From NCBI GenBank assembly GCA_031416075.1, contig JANOSY010000005.1, positions 1 through 64,000 on the forward strand: DNA of 64,000 nucleotides, written 5' to 3'. This document shows, one piece after another, positions 36,838-48,317 of the stretch. Under the pieces are notes generated by a model. It worked only from the letters and a program-made list of their open reading frames with translations, had not been told where the DNA came from and did no database searches. This DNA is from Candidatus Tenderia sp. (lineage in GTDB: Bacteria > Pseudomonadota > Gammaproteobacteria > Tenderiales > Tenderiaceae). Made by a program: the position numbers and the translations under genes. Position 1 is the first letter of the stretch; every line of letters begins with the position of its first letter.

Positions 36838-39068
36838 AACGCCGTTTCTCTGGCGGGGGTCCCATCATACTGCTGCTGGGGCTGCTGCTCGGTTCGCTCT
36901 ATCTGATGGGGGGGGCCACCGAAAACTCCGAGCAGTTCAGTCGCATCTATATGCCACTTCTTGTTATTAATGGATTGATTTTGTTGCTGTTGTTGGGGCT
37001 TATTGCCATCAATATCGGGCGCCTGATCCGGCAATACCGCAGTCGCGCCACTGGCTCACGGCTGACGCTACGACTGGTGGTGATGTTTGTGGCCCTGGCG
37101 GTCACGCCGGTATCGGTGCTCTACTACTTTTCCCTCGGTTTTATCCGCCACGGCATCGACAGCTGGTTTGACGTACGTGTCGAACGGGTGATGAGTGACG
37201 CCCTGGAGCTGAGCCGCACCACCCTCGACTGGCGGCTGCGCGATCTGATGCGCCAGACCGAACAGATGGCGCGCACTATCAGCGATGTTGCGCCAGAACA
37301 GCAGCTGCACATGTTAAACACCTTGCGCTCGCAGCAGGGGGCATGGGAGCTGGCGATCAGCCAGATCAATGGCACCATCACCGGTTTCAGCAATACCAAC
37401 CCCCGTCAGCTCACCCCCACCGCTATCGATGCTGTAGTGCTATCGCAGCTGAAAGGTGGCTTGGCCTACGTTGCCCTCGAACCTGGCAAAGGGGTGGATA
37501 AGGAGCTTTTTGCACGTCTGGTGGTGAGTATTCCCGCCTCCAGCGACAACGTCACCCCCCGTCTGCTGCAGGCAATTTTTCCAGTCCCCGCCGGTATCGA
37601 TACCCTGATGGAGCGGGTCCGCCACGCCTCCAGTCAGTATGAACAGCTCGCCTTTTTTAGCGGACCACTCAAATTCAGCTTCATCCTGACACTCTCTCTG
37701 GTCCTGCTACTAAGCATGTTCACCGCCATCTGGGTCGCTTTTTATCTGGCACAGCGGCTGGTGGCACCGATCCGCATCCTGGCCATCGGTACCCGTTCGG
37801 TGGCGGAGGGGGACTACCACCGCCAGCTGCCCACCACCGTTGCCACCGACGACGAGCTTGGATTTTTGGTCAAATCGTTTAATACCATGATGTTACGCAT
37901 CGCACTCACGCGGGAGGAGGCGGAGCGTAGCCGCCTGCGGCTAGAGAGTCAGAAACGCTATCTCGAAACCGTACTCGGCCATCTCTCCTCCGGTGTTATC
38001 ACATTTGACAGTGAAGGGCTGCTGCTCACCGCCAATACCGCTGCCGAACAGATTCTGGGGGTGGAACTGATCAGTGCGACCAATACCACATTGGCTAACA
38101 TCGGCCAGAGCCATGAACATACCCAGGCCTTTGTTGAGGCACAGCTGGCACAGATTGGCGCGGCACAGGAGGGATGGCAAGAGCAGGTGGTGCTCTACGG
38201 TGCCAATGGCCGTCAGGTCTTGATGTGTCGGGGTGTGCATCTGCCTGCCCGTCTGGTTGAGCAGCAGCAGGATACCGGTTACGTGGTGGTATTTGATGAT
38301 GTCACCACCTTGCTCCAGGCCCAGCGCGACGCCGCCTGGGGTGAGGTGGCGCGGCGTATCGCCCACGAGATTAAAAATCCACTGACACCGATCCGTCTCT
38401 CTGCCGAACGGTTACGTCACAAATATCTGCCGACCATGAATGAGGAGGAGTCGCAGCTGCTCGACCGCGCTACCCATACCATCGTGCAGCAGGTGGAGAA
38501 CATGAAAGAGCTGGTCAAGGCCTTTGCCGACTACGCCCGCGCCCCACAGCTGGAGCTGCTGCCCATCAACCTTAACGCCCTGATCAACGAGGTGTTGGAG
38601 CTCTATCGCAGCTCACCCCGCTCACTGATACTGGAGGTGAATCTTGACCCGCAGATCGGCCAAGCCCGCCAGATCCACGCCGACAGTGGCCGGATCCGTC
38701 AGCTGATCCACAACCTGATTAAAAACGCGATCGAGGCCGCCGATGGCGAAAACGATATCCACATCAAGGTTGAAACGCGCCAGATTGAGGGCGAAACCCC
38801 ACAGGTGGAGCTGAGTGTGACCGACAGCGGCCCCGGAATTCCGGAGGCACTGCTCAACAAAATCTTTGAACCCTACATCAGCACCAAACCCAAAGGGGAC
38901 GGCTTGGGGCTGGCAATCGTCAAAAAGATTGTCGAAGAGCATAATGGTACCCTCTGGGCCGAGAACCTGAGTGACGGCGGCGGTGCCCGTTTTAACATCC
39001 GTCTGCCACTGCAGCTGGCACGCCCGCCAAGCCCGCAACAAAGCGACAACCATGAGGTAATTGGATGA
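36807..39068 (+). CDS. NtrY-like sensor histidine kinase (HAMP, PAS)
   Basis: AAWGEVARRIAHEIKNPLTPIRLSAERL, NLIKNA, DSGPG, GLGL. Confidence 0.92.
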   Translation: MVPVAIKSALKRRFSGGGPIILLLGLLLGSLYLMGGATENSEQFSRIYMPLLVINGLILLLLLGLIAINIGRLIRQYRSRATGSRLTLRLVVMFVALAVTPVSVLYYFSLGFIRHGIDSWFDVRVERVMSDALELSRTTLDWRLRDLMRQTEQMARTISDVAPEQQLHMLNTLRSQQGAWELAISQINGTITGFSNTNPRQLTPTAIDAVVLSQLKGGLAYVALEPGKGVDKELFARLVVSIPASSDNVTPRLLQAIFPVPAGIDTLMERVRHASSQYEQLAFFSGPLKFSFILTLSLVLLLSMFTAIWVAFYLAQRLVAPIRILAIGTRSVAEGDYHRQLPTTVATDDELGFLVKSFNTMMLRIALTREEAERSRLRLESQKRYLETVLGHLSSGVITFDSEGLLLTANTAAEQILGVELISATNTTLANIGQSHEHTQAFVEAQLAQIGAAQEGWQEQVVLYGANGRQVLMCRGVHLPARLVEQQQDTGYVVVFDDVTTLLQAQRDAAWGEVARRIAHEIKNPLTPIRLSAERLRHKYLPTMNEEESQLLDRATHTIVQQVENMKELVKAFADYARAPQLELLPINLNALINEVLELYRSSPRSLILEVNLDPQIGQARQIHADSGRIRQLIHNLIKNAIEAADGENDIHIKVETRQIEGETPQVELSVTDSGPGIPEALLNKIFEPYISTKPKGDGLGLAIVKKIVEEHNGTLWAENLSDGGGARFNIRLPLQLARPPSPQQSDNHEVIG

Positions 39069-40450
39069 CAGCGCCCCATATTCTGGTCGTGGATGACGAA
39101 ACCGATATTCGCGAACTGGTCAAAGAGATCCTCGAAGATGAACACTACAGCGTCACCAGCGCTGCCGATGGTGCTGCCGCGCGCCGCGCCTATCAGGAGC
39201 GCCGCCCCGACCTGATCCTGCTCGACGTCTGGATGCCCGACATAGACGGCATTACGCTGCTCAAAGAGTGGCAAACCAGCGCCCAGTCTGACAACAACCC
39301 CATGCCACCGGTGGTGATCATGTCGGGCCATGGCACTGTTGAGACGGCGGTTGAAGCGACCCGACTGGGGGCCTATGATTTCCTCGAAAAACCACTCTCC
39401 ATGGCCAAACTGCTCATCACCCTGCGCCATGCGCTGGATGACCAGAATCTGCGCCGTGAAGCCAGCGCCCAGCGCCGCCAGCTCCAGCCCCTGAGCCAGC
39501 CGCTGGGCAAAAGCGAAGGGATGAGCCGTCTGCGCGATCAGGCCGTGCAGGCCGCCGGCAGTGATGCCACCCTCCTGCTCAGTGGCGAGTCGGGCGCGGG
39601 CAAACGTCTCTTAGCCCAGTTTATCCACAGTCGCAGCAGCCGTCGCAGCGGTCCGTTTATTGAGGTTGGCATGGCCACCTTGAGCGGTGCTGACGGGGCG
39701 GCACGACTCTTTGGCGAGGAGCGTAGTGGCCAACCGATGGTTGCCGGACTGCTGGAGCAGGCCAACGGCGGCACCCTGTTTCTGCATGAGGTGTGGAGCA
39801 TGGAGGCCCCACTACAGACCCAGCTGGCCCAGGCCCTGGATGTTGGCCACTTTCGCCGTAGCGGCGGCATTGCTACGGTCAAGCTGAACCTGAGGATAAT
39901 CGCCAGCAGTAGCCGTCCGCTGGCCACCGAGGTGCAGCAGGGGCGCTTTAACGCCCGACTCTTCTACCAGCTCAGTGTTGTCCCCATCACCGTGCCGCCG
40001 CTGCGTGACCATCGGGATGATCTGCTCGAGCTGCTGGCCTACTACGTCGACTACTTTGTCGAACGTGAAGGGCTCACCTACCGCTCCTTCTCGGTCGCCG
40101 CCCAAAACCGGCTGCGGCACCATAACTGGCCCGGCAACGTACGCGAGTTTATCAACCTGGTGCACCGCTTTTTAACCCTGGGCGAGAGTGGCATCGTAGA
40201 GAGCACCGAGGTTGAACAGGCCTTGGGGGCGACCCATCTACCCACCGCCTCGGAGCAGGTGCTGGAGCTGGATTTTGATCTGCCGTTACGCCAAGCCCGT
40301 GAGCTGTTTGAGAAGGCCTATTTTGAGTACCAGCTCCAGGTAACTGATGGCAACGTCTCGCAGGTGGCAAAACGGTCGGGCATTGAACGCACTCATCTTT
40401 ATCGCAAAATGAAGTCGCTGGGCATTAATCCAAAAGAAGATCTGAATTAG
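39065..40450 (+). CDS. NtrX-like response regulator (REC, degenerate AAA+, Fis HTH)
   Basis: LLDVWMPD, MSGHG, GESGAGK, WPGNVRE, ERTHLYRK. Confidence 0.9.
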   Translation: MTAPHILVVDDETDIRELVKEILEDEHYSVTSAADGAAARRAYQERRPDLILLDVWMPDIDGITLLKEWQTSAQSDNNPMPPVVIMSGHGTVETAVEATRLGAYDFLEKPLSMAKLLITLRHALDDQNLRREASAQRRQLQPLSQPLGKSEGMSRLRDQAVQAAGSDATLLLSGESGAGKRLLAQFIHSRSSRRSGPFIEVGMATLSGADGAARLFGEERSGQPMVAGLLEQANGGTLFLHEVWSMEAPLQTQLAQALDVGHFRRSGGIATVKLNLRIIASSSRPLATEVQQGRFNARLFYQLSVVPITVPPLRDHRDDLLELLAYYVDYFVEREGLTYRSFSVAAQNRLRHHNWPGNVREFINLVHRFLTLGESGIVESTEVEQALGATHLPTASEQVLELDFDLPLRQARELFEKAYFEYQLQVTDGNVSQVAKRSGIERTHLYRKMKSLGINPKEDLN

Positions 40451-40505
40451 TGGCCATTAATATAGTAAAGTGCGCGCTCCCGACGCCGATGAGTAACGGT
40501 CAGAT

Positions 40506-41879
40506 ATGAAAATTATAATTCTGGGTGCAGGCCAGGTTGGCTCCTCTGTCGCCGCCAATCTCGCCAGAGAGGCCAACGACATTACGGTGGTTGATGTTGA
40601 TATCACCCTACTGCAGGATCTCCAGGATCGCCTCGATATCCGCACCGTTCATGGCCAAGGCTCCCATCCCGACGTGCTTAGACGCGCCGGTGCGGAGGAT
40701 GCCGACATGATCCTGGCTGTCACCAACAGCGACGAGACCAACATGCTCGCCTGCGAGGTGGCGCAACACCTCTTCCGTACCCCCACCAAGATCGCCCGGG
40801 TCCGCGCCCGCGAATATCTCCAGTATCCCAAACTCTTTGGCCCCGAGGCGATTGCGGTCGATGTCATGCTCAGCCCCGAACAGCTGGTGATCGACTACAT
40901 GGAGCGGCTCATCGACCACCCCGGCGCGCTGCAGGTACTCGATTTTGCGGATGGTCTGGTGCAACTGGTGGCGGTCAAGGCCTACCACGGCGGGCCACTG
41001 GTGGGACAGGCGCTGCGCAAACTCCGTGACCACATGCCCACTGTTGAAACCCGCGTCGCCGCCATCTTCCGCAAAGGCACCCCCATCATCCCCGAGGGCG
41101 AGACCGTCATTGAGGCCGACGATGAGGTCTTCTTCATCGTTGCCCGCAAAGATATCCGCAAGGTGATCGGTGAGCTGCGCCATCTCGATAGACCCAACAA
41201 ACGCATCATCATCGCCGGTGGCGGTAACATTGGCAAAGGGCTGGCGCGGGCGCTGGAGAACAACTACCAGGTCAAGCTCATCGACCACAATCTGCGCAAC
41301 TCGCAGCTGATCTCGGAGGAGTTGGAGCGCACTATCGTGCTGCATGGCGATGCCGCCGATGAGGAGCTGCTGCAAGAAGAGAACATCGCCAGCACCGATG
41401 TCTTCTGTGCCGTCACCAATGACGACGAGGCCAATATCCTCTCGGCGATGCTGGCCAAGCGCCTCGGTGCGCGCAAGGTGATGGCGCTGATCAATCGCGG
41501 CTCCTACGTACATCTGGTGGAGTCGAGTGACATCGATATCGCCATCTCGCCCCACCAGGCGATGATCGGCAGCCTGCTGGCCCATGTGCGGCGTGGCGAT
41601 GTGGCGGTGGTGCACTCGTTGCGCCATGGCGCCGCCGAGGCGATCGAGGCGATTGCCCATGGCGACAAACGCTCCTCCAAGGTGGTGGGACGCACCATTG
41701 AAGAGATCAAGCTGCCGCCAGGGACCAACATCGGTGCCATCGTCCGCAACGGCGAGGTGATCATCGCCCACCACAACACCGTCATCGAGCCCGAGGACCA
41801 TGTCATCCTCTTTCTGGTCGACAAGCGCCGCGTGCGCGAGGTGGAGAAACTGTTCCAGGTCGGGATCACCTTCCTCTAG
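40506..41879 (+). CDS. trkA: Trk potassium uptake NAD-binding subunit
   Basis: [20 protein letters not shown], two RCK units. Confidence 0.97.
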   Translation: MKIIILGAGQVGSSVAANLAREANDITVVDVDITLLQDLQDRLDIRTVHGQGSHPDVLRRAGAEDADMILAVTNSDETNMLACEVAQHLFRTPTKIARVRAREYLQYPKLFGPEAIAVDVMLSPEQLVIDYMERLIDHPGALQVLDFADGLVQLVAVKAYHGGPLVGQALRKLRDHMPTVETRVAAIFRKGTPIIPEGETVIEADDEVFFIVARKDIRKVIGELRHLDRPNKRIIIAGGGNIGKGLARALENNYQVKLIDHNLRNSQLISEELERTIVLHGDAADEELLQEENIASTDVFCAVTNDDEANILSAMLAKRLGARKVMALINRGSYVHLVESSDIDIAISPHQAMIGSLLAHVRRGDVAVVHSLRHGAAEAIEAIAHGDKRSSKVVGRTIEEIKLPPGTNIGAIVRNGEVIIAHHNTVIEPEDHVILFLVDKRRVREVEKLFQVGITFL

Positions 41880-41885
41880 GTCACC

Positions 41886-43340
41886 ATGCAACTTACTGCC
41901 GTACAACGAATCCTCGGTCTGCTACTGATGCTCTTCAGTATCACCCTGCTGCCACCACTGGCGGTCTCCTATGCTTATGACGATGGCGTCACCACCCCCT
42001 TTCTGGTGAGTTTTTGCCTGACCCTGCTCACCGGCCTATTCTTCTGGTGGCCGGTGCGCCGCCGCCGTTCTGAGCTGCGGATGCGTGACGGCTTTCTGAT
42101 TGTGGTGATGTTCTGGACGGTACTGGGGCTGTTCGGTGCCCTGCCGCTGATGCTCTCCCACCAGCCCCACCTCTCGATTACCGACGCGGTGTTTGAATCG
42201 ATCTCCGGTCTTACTACTACAGGGGCCACCATCATCGCTGCCGGGCTGGACACGCTACCGAAGTCAATCCTCTACCATCGCGCCCAGCTCCACTTCCTCG
42301 GCGGCATGGGCATCATCGTCCTGGCGGTAGCGATCCTGCCACTACTGGGGATCGGGGGCATGCAGCTGTTCCGCGCCGAGACGCCGGGGCCGATGAAGGA
42401 CTCCAAGCTCACCCCGCGCATCACCGAGACCGCCAAGGGGTTGTGGTATGTCTACCTCATTCTCAACGTCGCCTGCACCTTGGCCTTTTGGGCGGGCGGC
42501 ATGACCTTCTTTGACGCCATCACCCACGCCTTCTCCACCCTGGCGCTGGGCGGCTTCTCCACCCATGATGCCAGCTTTGGCTACTTCAACAGCCCGCTGC
42601 TCGAAGCCATCGCCATCTTCTTCATGTTCCTGGCGGGGATGAACTTTGCGCTCCACTTTCTGGCCTGGCGCGCCAACAGCTGGAAGGTCTACACTCAGGA
42701 CAGCGAGTGGCAGGTCTACATGTGGCTATTGCTGATATCGCTGGTGCTCGTGGTGGGGTATCTCTGGTTAAGCGGCACCTATACCGACCCCCTGACGGCG
42801 CTACGTCACGGCACCTTCCAACTGGTCTCACTGGCCACCACCACCGGCTTCATCACCACAGGCTTTGCTGACTGGCCGGGCTTCCTGCCAGTCTTCATAC
42901 TACTCACCAGCCTCGTCGTCAGCTGCGCCGGCTCCACTGGCGGCGGCATCAAGGCGATCCGCTTCCTGCTGCTGATCAAGCAGGGGGGGCGTGAGATCAA
43001 GCGGCTGATCCACCCCGCCGCCCAGATCCCCATCAAGGTCGGCAGCAAGGCGGTGCCAGACCGTGTTATCGAGGCGGTCTGGGGCTTCTTCGCCCTCTGG
43101 GTCGCCACCTTCATTATTATGAGCATGTTGCTGATGGCGACCGGGCTGGATGCCTTCTCCGCCTTCTCCGGCGTGCTCGCCTGCATGACCAACGCTGGCC
43201 CTGGCCTCGGCAGCGTCACCATGAACTTCATGGAGGTCAGTGATTTTGGCAAATGGGTGCTGACCTTCGCCATGTTGCTGGGGCGGCTCGAGATCTTCAC
43301 CCTGCTGGTGCTGCTCAGCCCCGCCTTCTGGCGCAAATAG
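41886..43340 (+). CDS. trkH: Trk potassium uptake membrane subunit
   Basis: FESISGLTTTGA, GGMGIIV, GSTGGGIK, MLLGRLE. Confidence 0.97.
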   Translation: MQLTAVQRILGLLLMLFSITLLPPLAVSYAYDDGVTTPFLVSFCLTLLTGLFFWWPVRRRRSELRMRDGFLIVVMFWTVLGLFGALPLMLSHQPHLSITDAVFESISGLTTTGATIIAAGLDTLPKSILYHRAQLHFLGGMGIIVLAVAILPLLGIGGMQLFRAETPGPMKDSKLTPRITETAKGLWYVYLILNVACTLAFWAGGMTFFDAITHAFSTLALGGFSTHDASFGYFNSPLLEAIAIFFMFLAGMNFALHFLAWRANSWKVYTQDSEWQVYMWLLLISLVLVVGYLWLSGTYTDPLTALRHGTFQLVSLATTTGFITTGFADWPGFLPVFILLTSLVVSCAGSTGGGIKAIRFLLLIKQGGREIKRLIHPAAQIPIKVGSKAVPDRVIEAVWGFFALWVATFIIMSMLLMATGLDAFSAFSGVLACMTNAGPGLGSVTMNFMEVSDFGKWVLTFAMLLGRLEIFTLLVLLSPAFWRK

Positions 43341-43351
43341 AGGATTGCCTA

Positions 43352-43936
43352 ATGAGTGATGCCACCCGGGAAAAGTGGGACAGAATCTATAGCGAGCGGA
43401 GTGCAGAGTACGGCCACCCCGTACGTGTAGTAGAGGAGAATATGCATCTCCTGCCCGCATCAGGAAAAGGGCTGGAACTCGCCTGCGGTCTTGCCAACAA
43501 CAGCTTCGCCATTGCCGCACGTGGTATCGAGATGGAGGCATGGGACATCTCCCCCGTTGCCGCTGCTCGGGTCAACCAACGCGCCACAGAGACCGGCGCC
43601 CAGGTCACGGCCTGCGCTCGCGATATTGTCACCGAGCCACCCACCGCCGCTGGTTACGACGTGGTTGTTGTCAGCCACTTCCTCGATCGCAGCTTAATAC
43701 CCGCCATCATCGCCGCCCTCAAACCCGGCGGCCTGCTCTTCTACCAAACCTTCACCCAAACACGGGTGGCCGAAAGTGGTCCAAAAACCAATGACTGGCG
43801 TCTCGCCGATGGTGAACTACTCACCCTGTTTGCAGCGTTAAGACCACTGGTCTACCGCGAAGAGGGGCTGACCGGGGATACCAGCACCGGGCTGCGTAAT
43901 GAGGCGCTACTGGTGGCACAGAAGGCAATCAACTAA
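43352..43936 (+). CDS. Class I SAM-dependent methyltransferase (TehB-like)
   Basis: KWDRIY, LELACGLA, WDISP, LKPGG; GAGG RBS. Confidence 0.85.
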   Translation: MSDATREKWDRIYSERSAEYGHPVRVVEENMHLLPASGKGLELACGLANNSFAIAARGIEMEAWDISPVAAARVNQRATETGAQVTACARDIVTEPPTAAGYDVVVVSHFLDRSLIPAIIAALKPGGLLFYQTFTQTRVAESGPKTNDWRLADGELLTLFAALRPLVYREEGLTGDTSTGLRNEALLVAQKAIN

Positions 43937-44135
43937 ACAGCCCGCCCCACCCACTATTGATTGGCCAGTGTTGCAACCTCAAGGGGGGTTAAAGCAACAC
44001 CGTACAGACGCACGTTATCCACCTTGCCTTTAAAAAACCGCTGGTCATTCAACGTTGGCACCCATTTTCAGCCCTTCCCTGACATCTGAAATGATTTTAC
44101 TTTTGCAGCCTATCTCAAATCACTCTTTAGCAACA

Positions 44136-44840
44136 CTACTCCGCCAATCCGGCAAAAACATGTTGCACATCGTCATCGGCATCGATGGCATCCAGAAACG
44201 CCTCCACCTCGGTCCGCTCTGCCTCACCAATGGTGACGGGGTTTTTCGGCCGGTAACCCTGCTGCGCGGACTGCACGGTAAAACCGTGAGCGGGCAGTGC
44301 CCGCGAAACCGCATCCAGATCCGTCAGGTCGGTATAAAAAAGTGTGGTGCCCTCCTCCTCTCCCGGCTCCAGATCCTGGGCACCCACTTCAATGGCAACC
44401 TCTTCCGGGTCGCTGCCTGCCACATCGGGCGTGGCTTCAATCATGCCCAGGTGGTCAAAATCCCAGGAGACCGACCCAGCCGCACCCAGCTGGCCTTTGC
44501 GAAACAGCACGCGCATGCTGGAGATGGTGCGGTTGACGTTGTCAGTGAGACACTCAACAATCACCGGCACTTGGTGGGGTGCAAACCCTTCGTAGGTGAC
44601 CTTTTCATAATTGACACCGGCATCCAGTAACCCGGCCCCTTTTTTGATAGCACGATCGAGTGTCTCTTTGGGCATGGAGGCCTTCTTGGCCTGCTCAACG
44701 GCCAGACGCAGGCGCGGGTTCATGTCGGGATCGGCACCATTACGCGCGGCGACGATGATCTCCTTGGCCAACTTGCCAAAGATGCGCCCCTTGGCATTTG
44801 CCGCGATCTCTTTATGTTTTACTTTCCACTGTGCACCCAT
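44136..44840 (-). CDS. YebC/PmpR-family protein
   Basis: [33 protein letters not shown]. Confidence 0.92.
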   Translation of the reverse strand: MGAQWKVKHKEIAANAKGRIFGKLAKEIIVAARNGADPDMNPRLRLAVEQAKKASMPKETLDRAIKKGAGLLDAGVNYEKVTYEGFAPHQVPVIVECLTDNVNRTISSMRVLFRKGQLGAAGSVSWDFDHLGMIEATPDVAGSDPEEVAIEVGAQDLEPGEEEGTTLFYTDLTDLDAVSRALPAHGFTVQSAQQGYRPKNPVTIGEAERTEVEAFLDAIDADDDVQHVFAGLAE

Positions 44841-44892
44841 GCCAAAACTCCTCTATGTCCATCCTGATGAACGCTGCTGTTGTGACAACGCC

Positions 44893-45774
44893 TTAACCAT
44901 ATAGTGGGGCCGCGCCCACTGGCCGTGTTCGAAAACGTTTATAACCCCACTGGTACTGGGCCGGAATCTGGCATATCGCCGCCTCAACCGCCTGATTAAG
45001 GGCCGTGACGGAGGTGAGTATATCGTCACTATAAATATCATCCGCCACCGGGCTGAAGTGCAGTACAAAACCACGGCTTCCGGAAAGCCGCTCTGCCCAG
45101 ACACAGAGCACTGTCGCCCCGCTTTTCTGCGCCAGACGTGACAATAGCGTCATGGTATTGGTCTGAACACCAAAAAAGGGGGCAAACTGGCCACCGTTCT
45201 CCCCCGGATCCTGATCGGGCAGGATACCGACCAACTCATTGTTTTTAAGCGCCTGATAGAGCACCCGTACACCTTTTGCATTGGTTGGGGCAAGTTTGGA
45301 GCCAAAACGCTCCCGGGAGTCGCGCAATACTTCATCCATCCCCGCCTGACGTGGTGGGCGATAGAGGTTGGTCATGGGATAACGTTGTGAGCAGTACGCG
45401 CCAATCAACTCCCAATTGCCCAGGTGAGGCGCTGCCAGAATCACCCCTTTGCCTCGCTCCAGCCCCGCTTTAAGCAGCGCCTCACCCTGAACCTCATACA
45501 CCAGCTTCTCAACCTGCTGCTGGCTACCATACCAGAGCGTGCCCGCCTCGCTGAAGGTTTTGCCCAGCTCAACCATAGACTGTTGCAGCAGCTGTTGCCG
45601 TTGACTCTCCGACCGCTCCGGAAAACAGAGCGTCAAATTGGTACAGGCGGTACGCAGCTCCGTACGGTCACCACGCAGCGCCCGACGCCCACCAAACCCA
45701 CCCATCGCGTGGTTAAGCCAAAGGGGCAGGTGGGCGCTCAGGCGCAACAATCGTTTAAACCAGACTGCTTTCAT
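44893..45774 (-). CDS. Lipid A acyltransferase (LpxL/HtrB family)
   Basis: PHLGNWE, LPDQDP, APFFG, QYQWGYKRFR. Confidence 0.9.
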   Translation of the reverse strand: MKAVWFKRLLRLSAHLPLWLNHAMGGFGGRRALRGDRTELRTACTNLTLCFPERSESQRQQLLQQSMVELGKTFSEAGTLWYGSQQQVEKLVYEVQGEALLKAGLERGKGVILAAPHLGNWELIGAYCSQRYPMTNLYRPPRQAGMDEVLRDSRERFGSKLAPTNAKGVRVLYQALKNNELVGILPDQDPGENGGQFAPFFGVQTNTMTLLSRLAQKSGATVLCVWAERLSGSRGFVLHFSPVADDIYSDDILTSVTALNQAVEAAICQIPAQYQWGYKRFRTRPVGAAPLYG

Positions 45775-45901
45775 ACTATGAACAGAACCAAAAGTGAGGT
45801 GAGTGAATAGACTTCATAACAATATTTTCGCTTAACTTGAGCGGTTTGGCGACTACCAACGCTATAATCGGCCCACTCATTTACTACAACGGTCACAAAC
45901 A

Positions 45902-46357
45902 ATGGACACAATTGAACTCTGGGTATCAAGCTACTGGTTCTGGTTTGGCATAGCAACGGTGCTGCTGGCGCTGGAGGCTGCCTTTGGTGGTTTTATGTTT
46001 CTGGCCACCAGCGTGGCCGCGTTAGCCATTGGCGGCGTCAGCCACTTCTATCCCCAATTGGGATTTACCATACTGCTACTCTTTTTTATGCTGCTCGCCA
46101 GCGCCACCCTCTACCTCACCAGCACATGGGTTGAGGCCCGCCAAGAGAAAAATCTCGAACTACAGCGCAGCGCCATCAATCAGCACTATCTTGGCCGCCA
46201 ATTTGCCCTGATGGACCCGATTCACAAAGGGCTAAGCAGCTTGAATATAGACGGCATTATCTGGCAACTGCGCGGTGATGACGCACCCGCAGGGACAAAA
46301 ATGTCCGTTGTTTCTGTGGGCGACGGGTTTCTTGAGGTGGCAAAAATCAACTCTTGA
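45902..46357 (+). CDS. NfeD-family membrane protein
   Basis: Three TM helices plus an OB-like C-terminus (IDGIIWQLRG). Confidence 0.8.
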   Translation: MDTIELWVSSYWFWFGIATVLLALEAAFGGFMFLATSVAALAIGGVSHFYPQLGFTILLLFFMLLASATLYLTSTWVEARQEKNLELQRSAINQHYLGRQFALMDPIHKGLSSLNIDGIIWQLRGDDAPAGTKMSVVSVGDGFLEVAKINS

Positions 46358-46937
46358 TTGTCCCTTCCGCGCCACTCAGCAGGCGCTGGATGTTACTGCG
46401 ATGACGCCACACCAGCAGGATAGCCAGCGCCACCGTCATACTTAAAAAGGCTGAACCCGGCTCCGACTCCAGCAGCCACATATAGAGTGGCGCAAGCACA
46501 GCGGCAATTAACGCCGCCAATGAAGAGATTTTCAACCCTTTGGCGATCACCAGCCAGGTGGCGGCGGCGGCAAGCGCCACCGGCCAGGCGATCCCCAGCA
46601 GCACCCCCATGGCCGTCGCCACCCCTTTACCCCCATGAAAACCAAAAAATATTGGGTAGAGATGGCCCAGAAACGCCGCCATGGCGGTGGCCGCCAGCAC
46701 GGTATCATCAACACCGGCAAGGCGCGCCACCAGCACCGGAATCAACCCTTTTAAAGAGTCACCCAGCAGTGTAATCGCCGCCGCCTTTTTGCCACCAAAA
46801 CGCAATACATTGGTCGCACCAGGGTTGCGTGACCCTTCAGAACGGGGGTCTGGCAACCCCATCAATTTACAGGTAATAATGGCGGCAGAGAGCGAACCAA
46901 GCAGATAGGCAAATACAACCAGGGCGATATCAAGCAT
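46347..46937 (-). CDS. plsY: Glycerol-3-phosphate acyltransferase
   Basis: YLLGS, GSRNPGATN, GHLYP..GGKGVAT, RHRSNI. Confidence 0.96.
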   Translation of the reverse strand: MLDIALVVFAYLLGSLSAAIITCKLMGLPDPRSEGSRNPGATNVLRFGGKKAAAITLLGDSLKGLIPVLVARLAGVDDTVLAATAMAAFLGHLYPIFFGFHGGKGVATAMGVLLGIAWPVALAAAATWLVIAKGLKISSLAALIAAVLAPLYMWLLESEPGSAFLSMTVALAILLVWRHRSNIQRLLSGAEGTIKS

Positions 46938-47033
46938 AATAATCTTCAACAATTTGGACCATAACGGGGCGTAATCATACGGCAATTTGGCTGTCCGTGC
47001 GCCACCCTAACCCTTCGGAAACATAAAAAACGT

Positions 47034-47390
47034 ATGGATATTATCTACCTCAATGACCTCTGCATCGACACGGTAATTGGCGTCTACGACTGGGAGCGGC
47101 GTGTTAAACAGAAGATCATTATCGATCTGGAGATGGCCACGGATATCCGTAAGGCCGCCGCCAGTGACAACCTTGACGATACACTCAACTACAAGGCGGT
47201 GGCCAAACGACTCATCGATTTTGTTGGCCAAAGTGACTATGAGCTGGTGGAGACCCTGGCAGAACGTATCACCGAGATTGTATTAAATGAGTTCAACGTA
47301 CCGTGGGTCAAACTGCGCCTCAACAAACAGGGGGCGGTGCGGGGTGCCCGCGACGTCGGCATCATCATTGAACGTGGCAACCGCTACTGA
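47034..47390 (+). CDS. folB: Dihydroneopterin aldolase
   Basis: IGVYDWER, TLNY, LVETLAE. Confidence 0.96.
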   Translation: MDIIYLNDLCIDTVIGVYDWERRVKQKIIIDLEMATDIRKAAASDNLDDTLNYKAVAKRLIDFVGQSDYELVETLAERITEIVLNEFNVPWVKLRLNKQGAVRGARDVGIIIERGNRY

Positions 47391-47899
47391 TGGCACGTAT
47401 CTACATCAGCGTTGGCAGCAATATTGAGGCGGCACTTAACATACGCTCTGCCATCACCGCCCTGCGGCAATATTATGGCGAGCTGATCCTGTCGCGGGTC
47501 TTTGAAAGCGAGGCAGTCGGCTTCAGCGGTGACAATTTTTACAATCTGGTGGTGGGGTTTGACAGCAACAATACGCTGCCACAAGTGGCTGCCATGCTTC
47601 GCCAGATCGAAGATGAACATGCCCGCGACCGTCAGGGGCCTCGTTTCAGTGCCCGTACCATCGATCTCGACCTGCTGCTTTATGACAACGTGGTGGATAA
47701 CAGCAACGGTCTGAACGTGCCCCGTGACGAGATCATCGAAAACGCCTTTGTATTACAACCGCTGGCCGAAGTGGCGGGCAGCCTGATTCATCCACTGCTG
47801 CAACAGACGATGGGTGAGCTATGGCAAGATTTTGATCAACAACGACAGCAGCTTTGGCCCATTGAATTTGAGTGGCACGGCGATACACGTCGCTCTTAA
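47390..47899 (+). CDS. folK: HPPK (dihydropteridine diphosphokinase)
   Basis: [22 protein letters not shown]. Confidence 0.95.
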   Translation: MARIYISVGSNIEAALNIRSAITALRQYYGELILSRVFESEAVGFSGDNFYNLVVGFDSNNTLPQVAAMLRQIEDEHARDRQGPRFSARTIDLDLLLYDNVVDNSNGLNVPRDEIIENAFVLQPLAEVAGSLIHPLLQQTMGELWQDFDQQRQQLWPIEFEWHGDTRRS

Positions 47900-48291
47900 C
47901 GCGCCTTGAATTTAAGTGAGGCGGAATTGATGCAGTAACGCTGCCCGGTAGGATCAGGCCCATCGTTAAACAGGTGCCCCAGATGGGCCTCGCAGGCGGC
48001 ACAGCGGACCTCGGTGCGACGCATGCCGTGGCTCTCATCAAACAGCTCGGCAATCTCTGACACTGCCGCTGGCTGCCAAAAGCTGGGCCAGCCGCTGCCT
48101 GAGTCAAACTTGTGGTCCGAGTCAAAGAGTGGCGCGCCACAACAGAGGCAGTGGTAGCTGCCGGCGCTTTTATTGTCGGTATATTCGCCGGTAAACGCCA
48201 TCTCAGTCCCCGCCTGGCGGGTGATGCGGTACTGGTCGGGGGTCAGCAGTGTGCGCCACTCGGCATCGGTTTTAACGGTTTTATCACTCAT
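47896..48291 (-). CDS. msrB: Methionine-R-sulfoxide reductase
   Basis: [26 protein letters not shown]. Confidence 0.97.
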   Translation of the reverse strand: MSDKTVKTDAEWRTLLTPDQYRITRQAGTEMAFTGEYTDNKSAGSYHCLCCGAPLFDSDHKFDSGSGWPSFWQPAAVSEIAELFDESHGMRRTEVRCAACEAHLGHLFNDGPDPTGQRYCINSASLKFKAR

Positions 48292-48317
48292 AACTACCCT
48301 CTGGGTATGACCAAGGT

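Noticed and set aside
40608-41906. 432-aa minus-strand ORF and other long overlapping ORFs over trkA/trkH, def, topA and ntrY/X
   Set aside because: GC-rich antisense or alternate frames of well-conserved genes, with no motifs of their own.
44136-44840. YebC gene not adjacent to ruvCAB
   Set aside because: Stand-alone YebC paralogs are common; not novel.
48295-48307. TACCC-TCT-GGGTA mini-palindrome, similar to CACCC-TAAA-GGGTA at 58175-58188
   Set aside because: Two short non-identical copies are not enough to call a repeat family without a genome-wide count.
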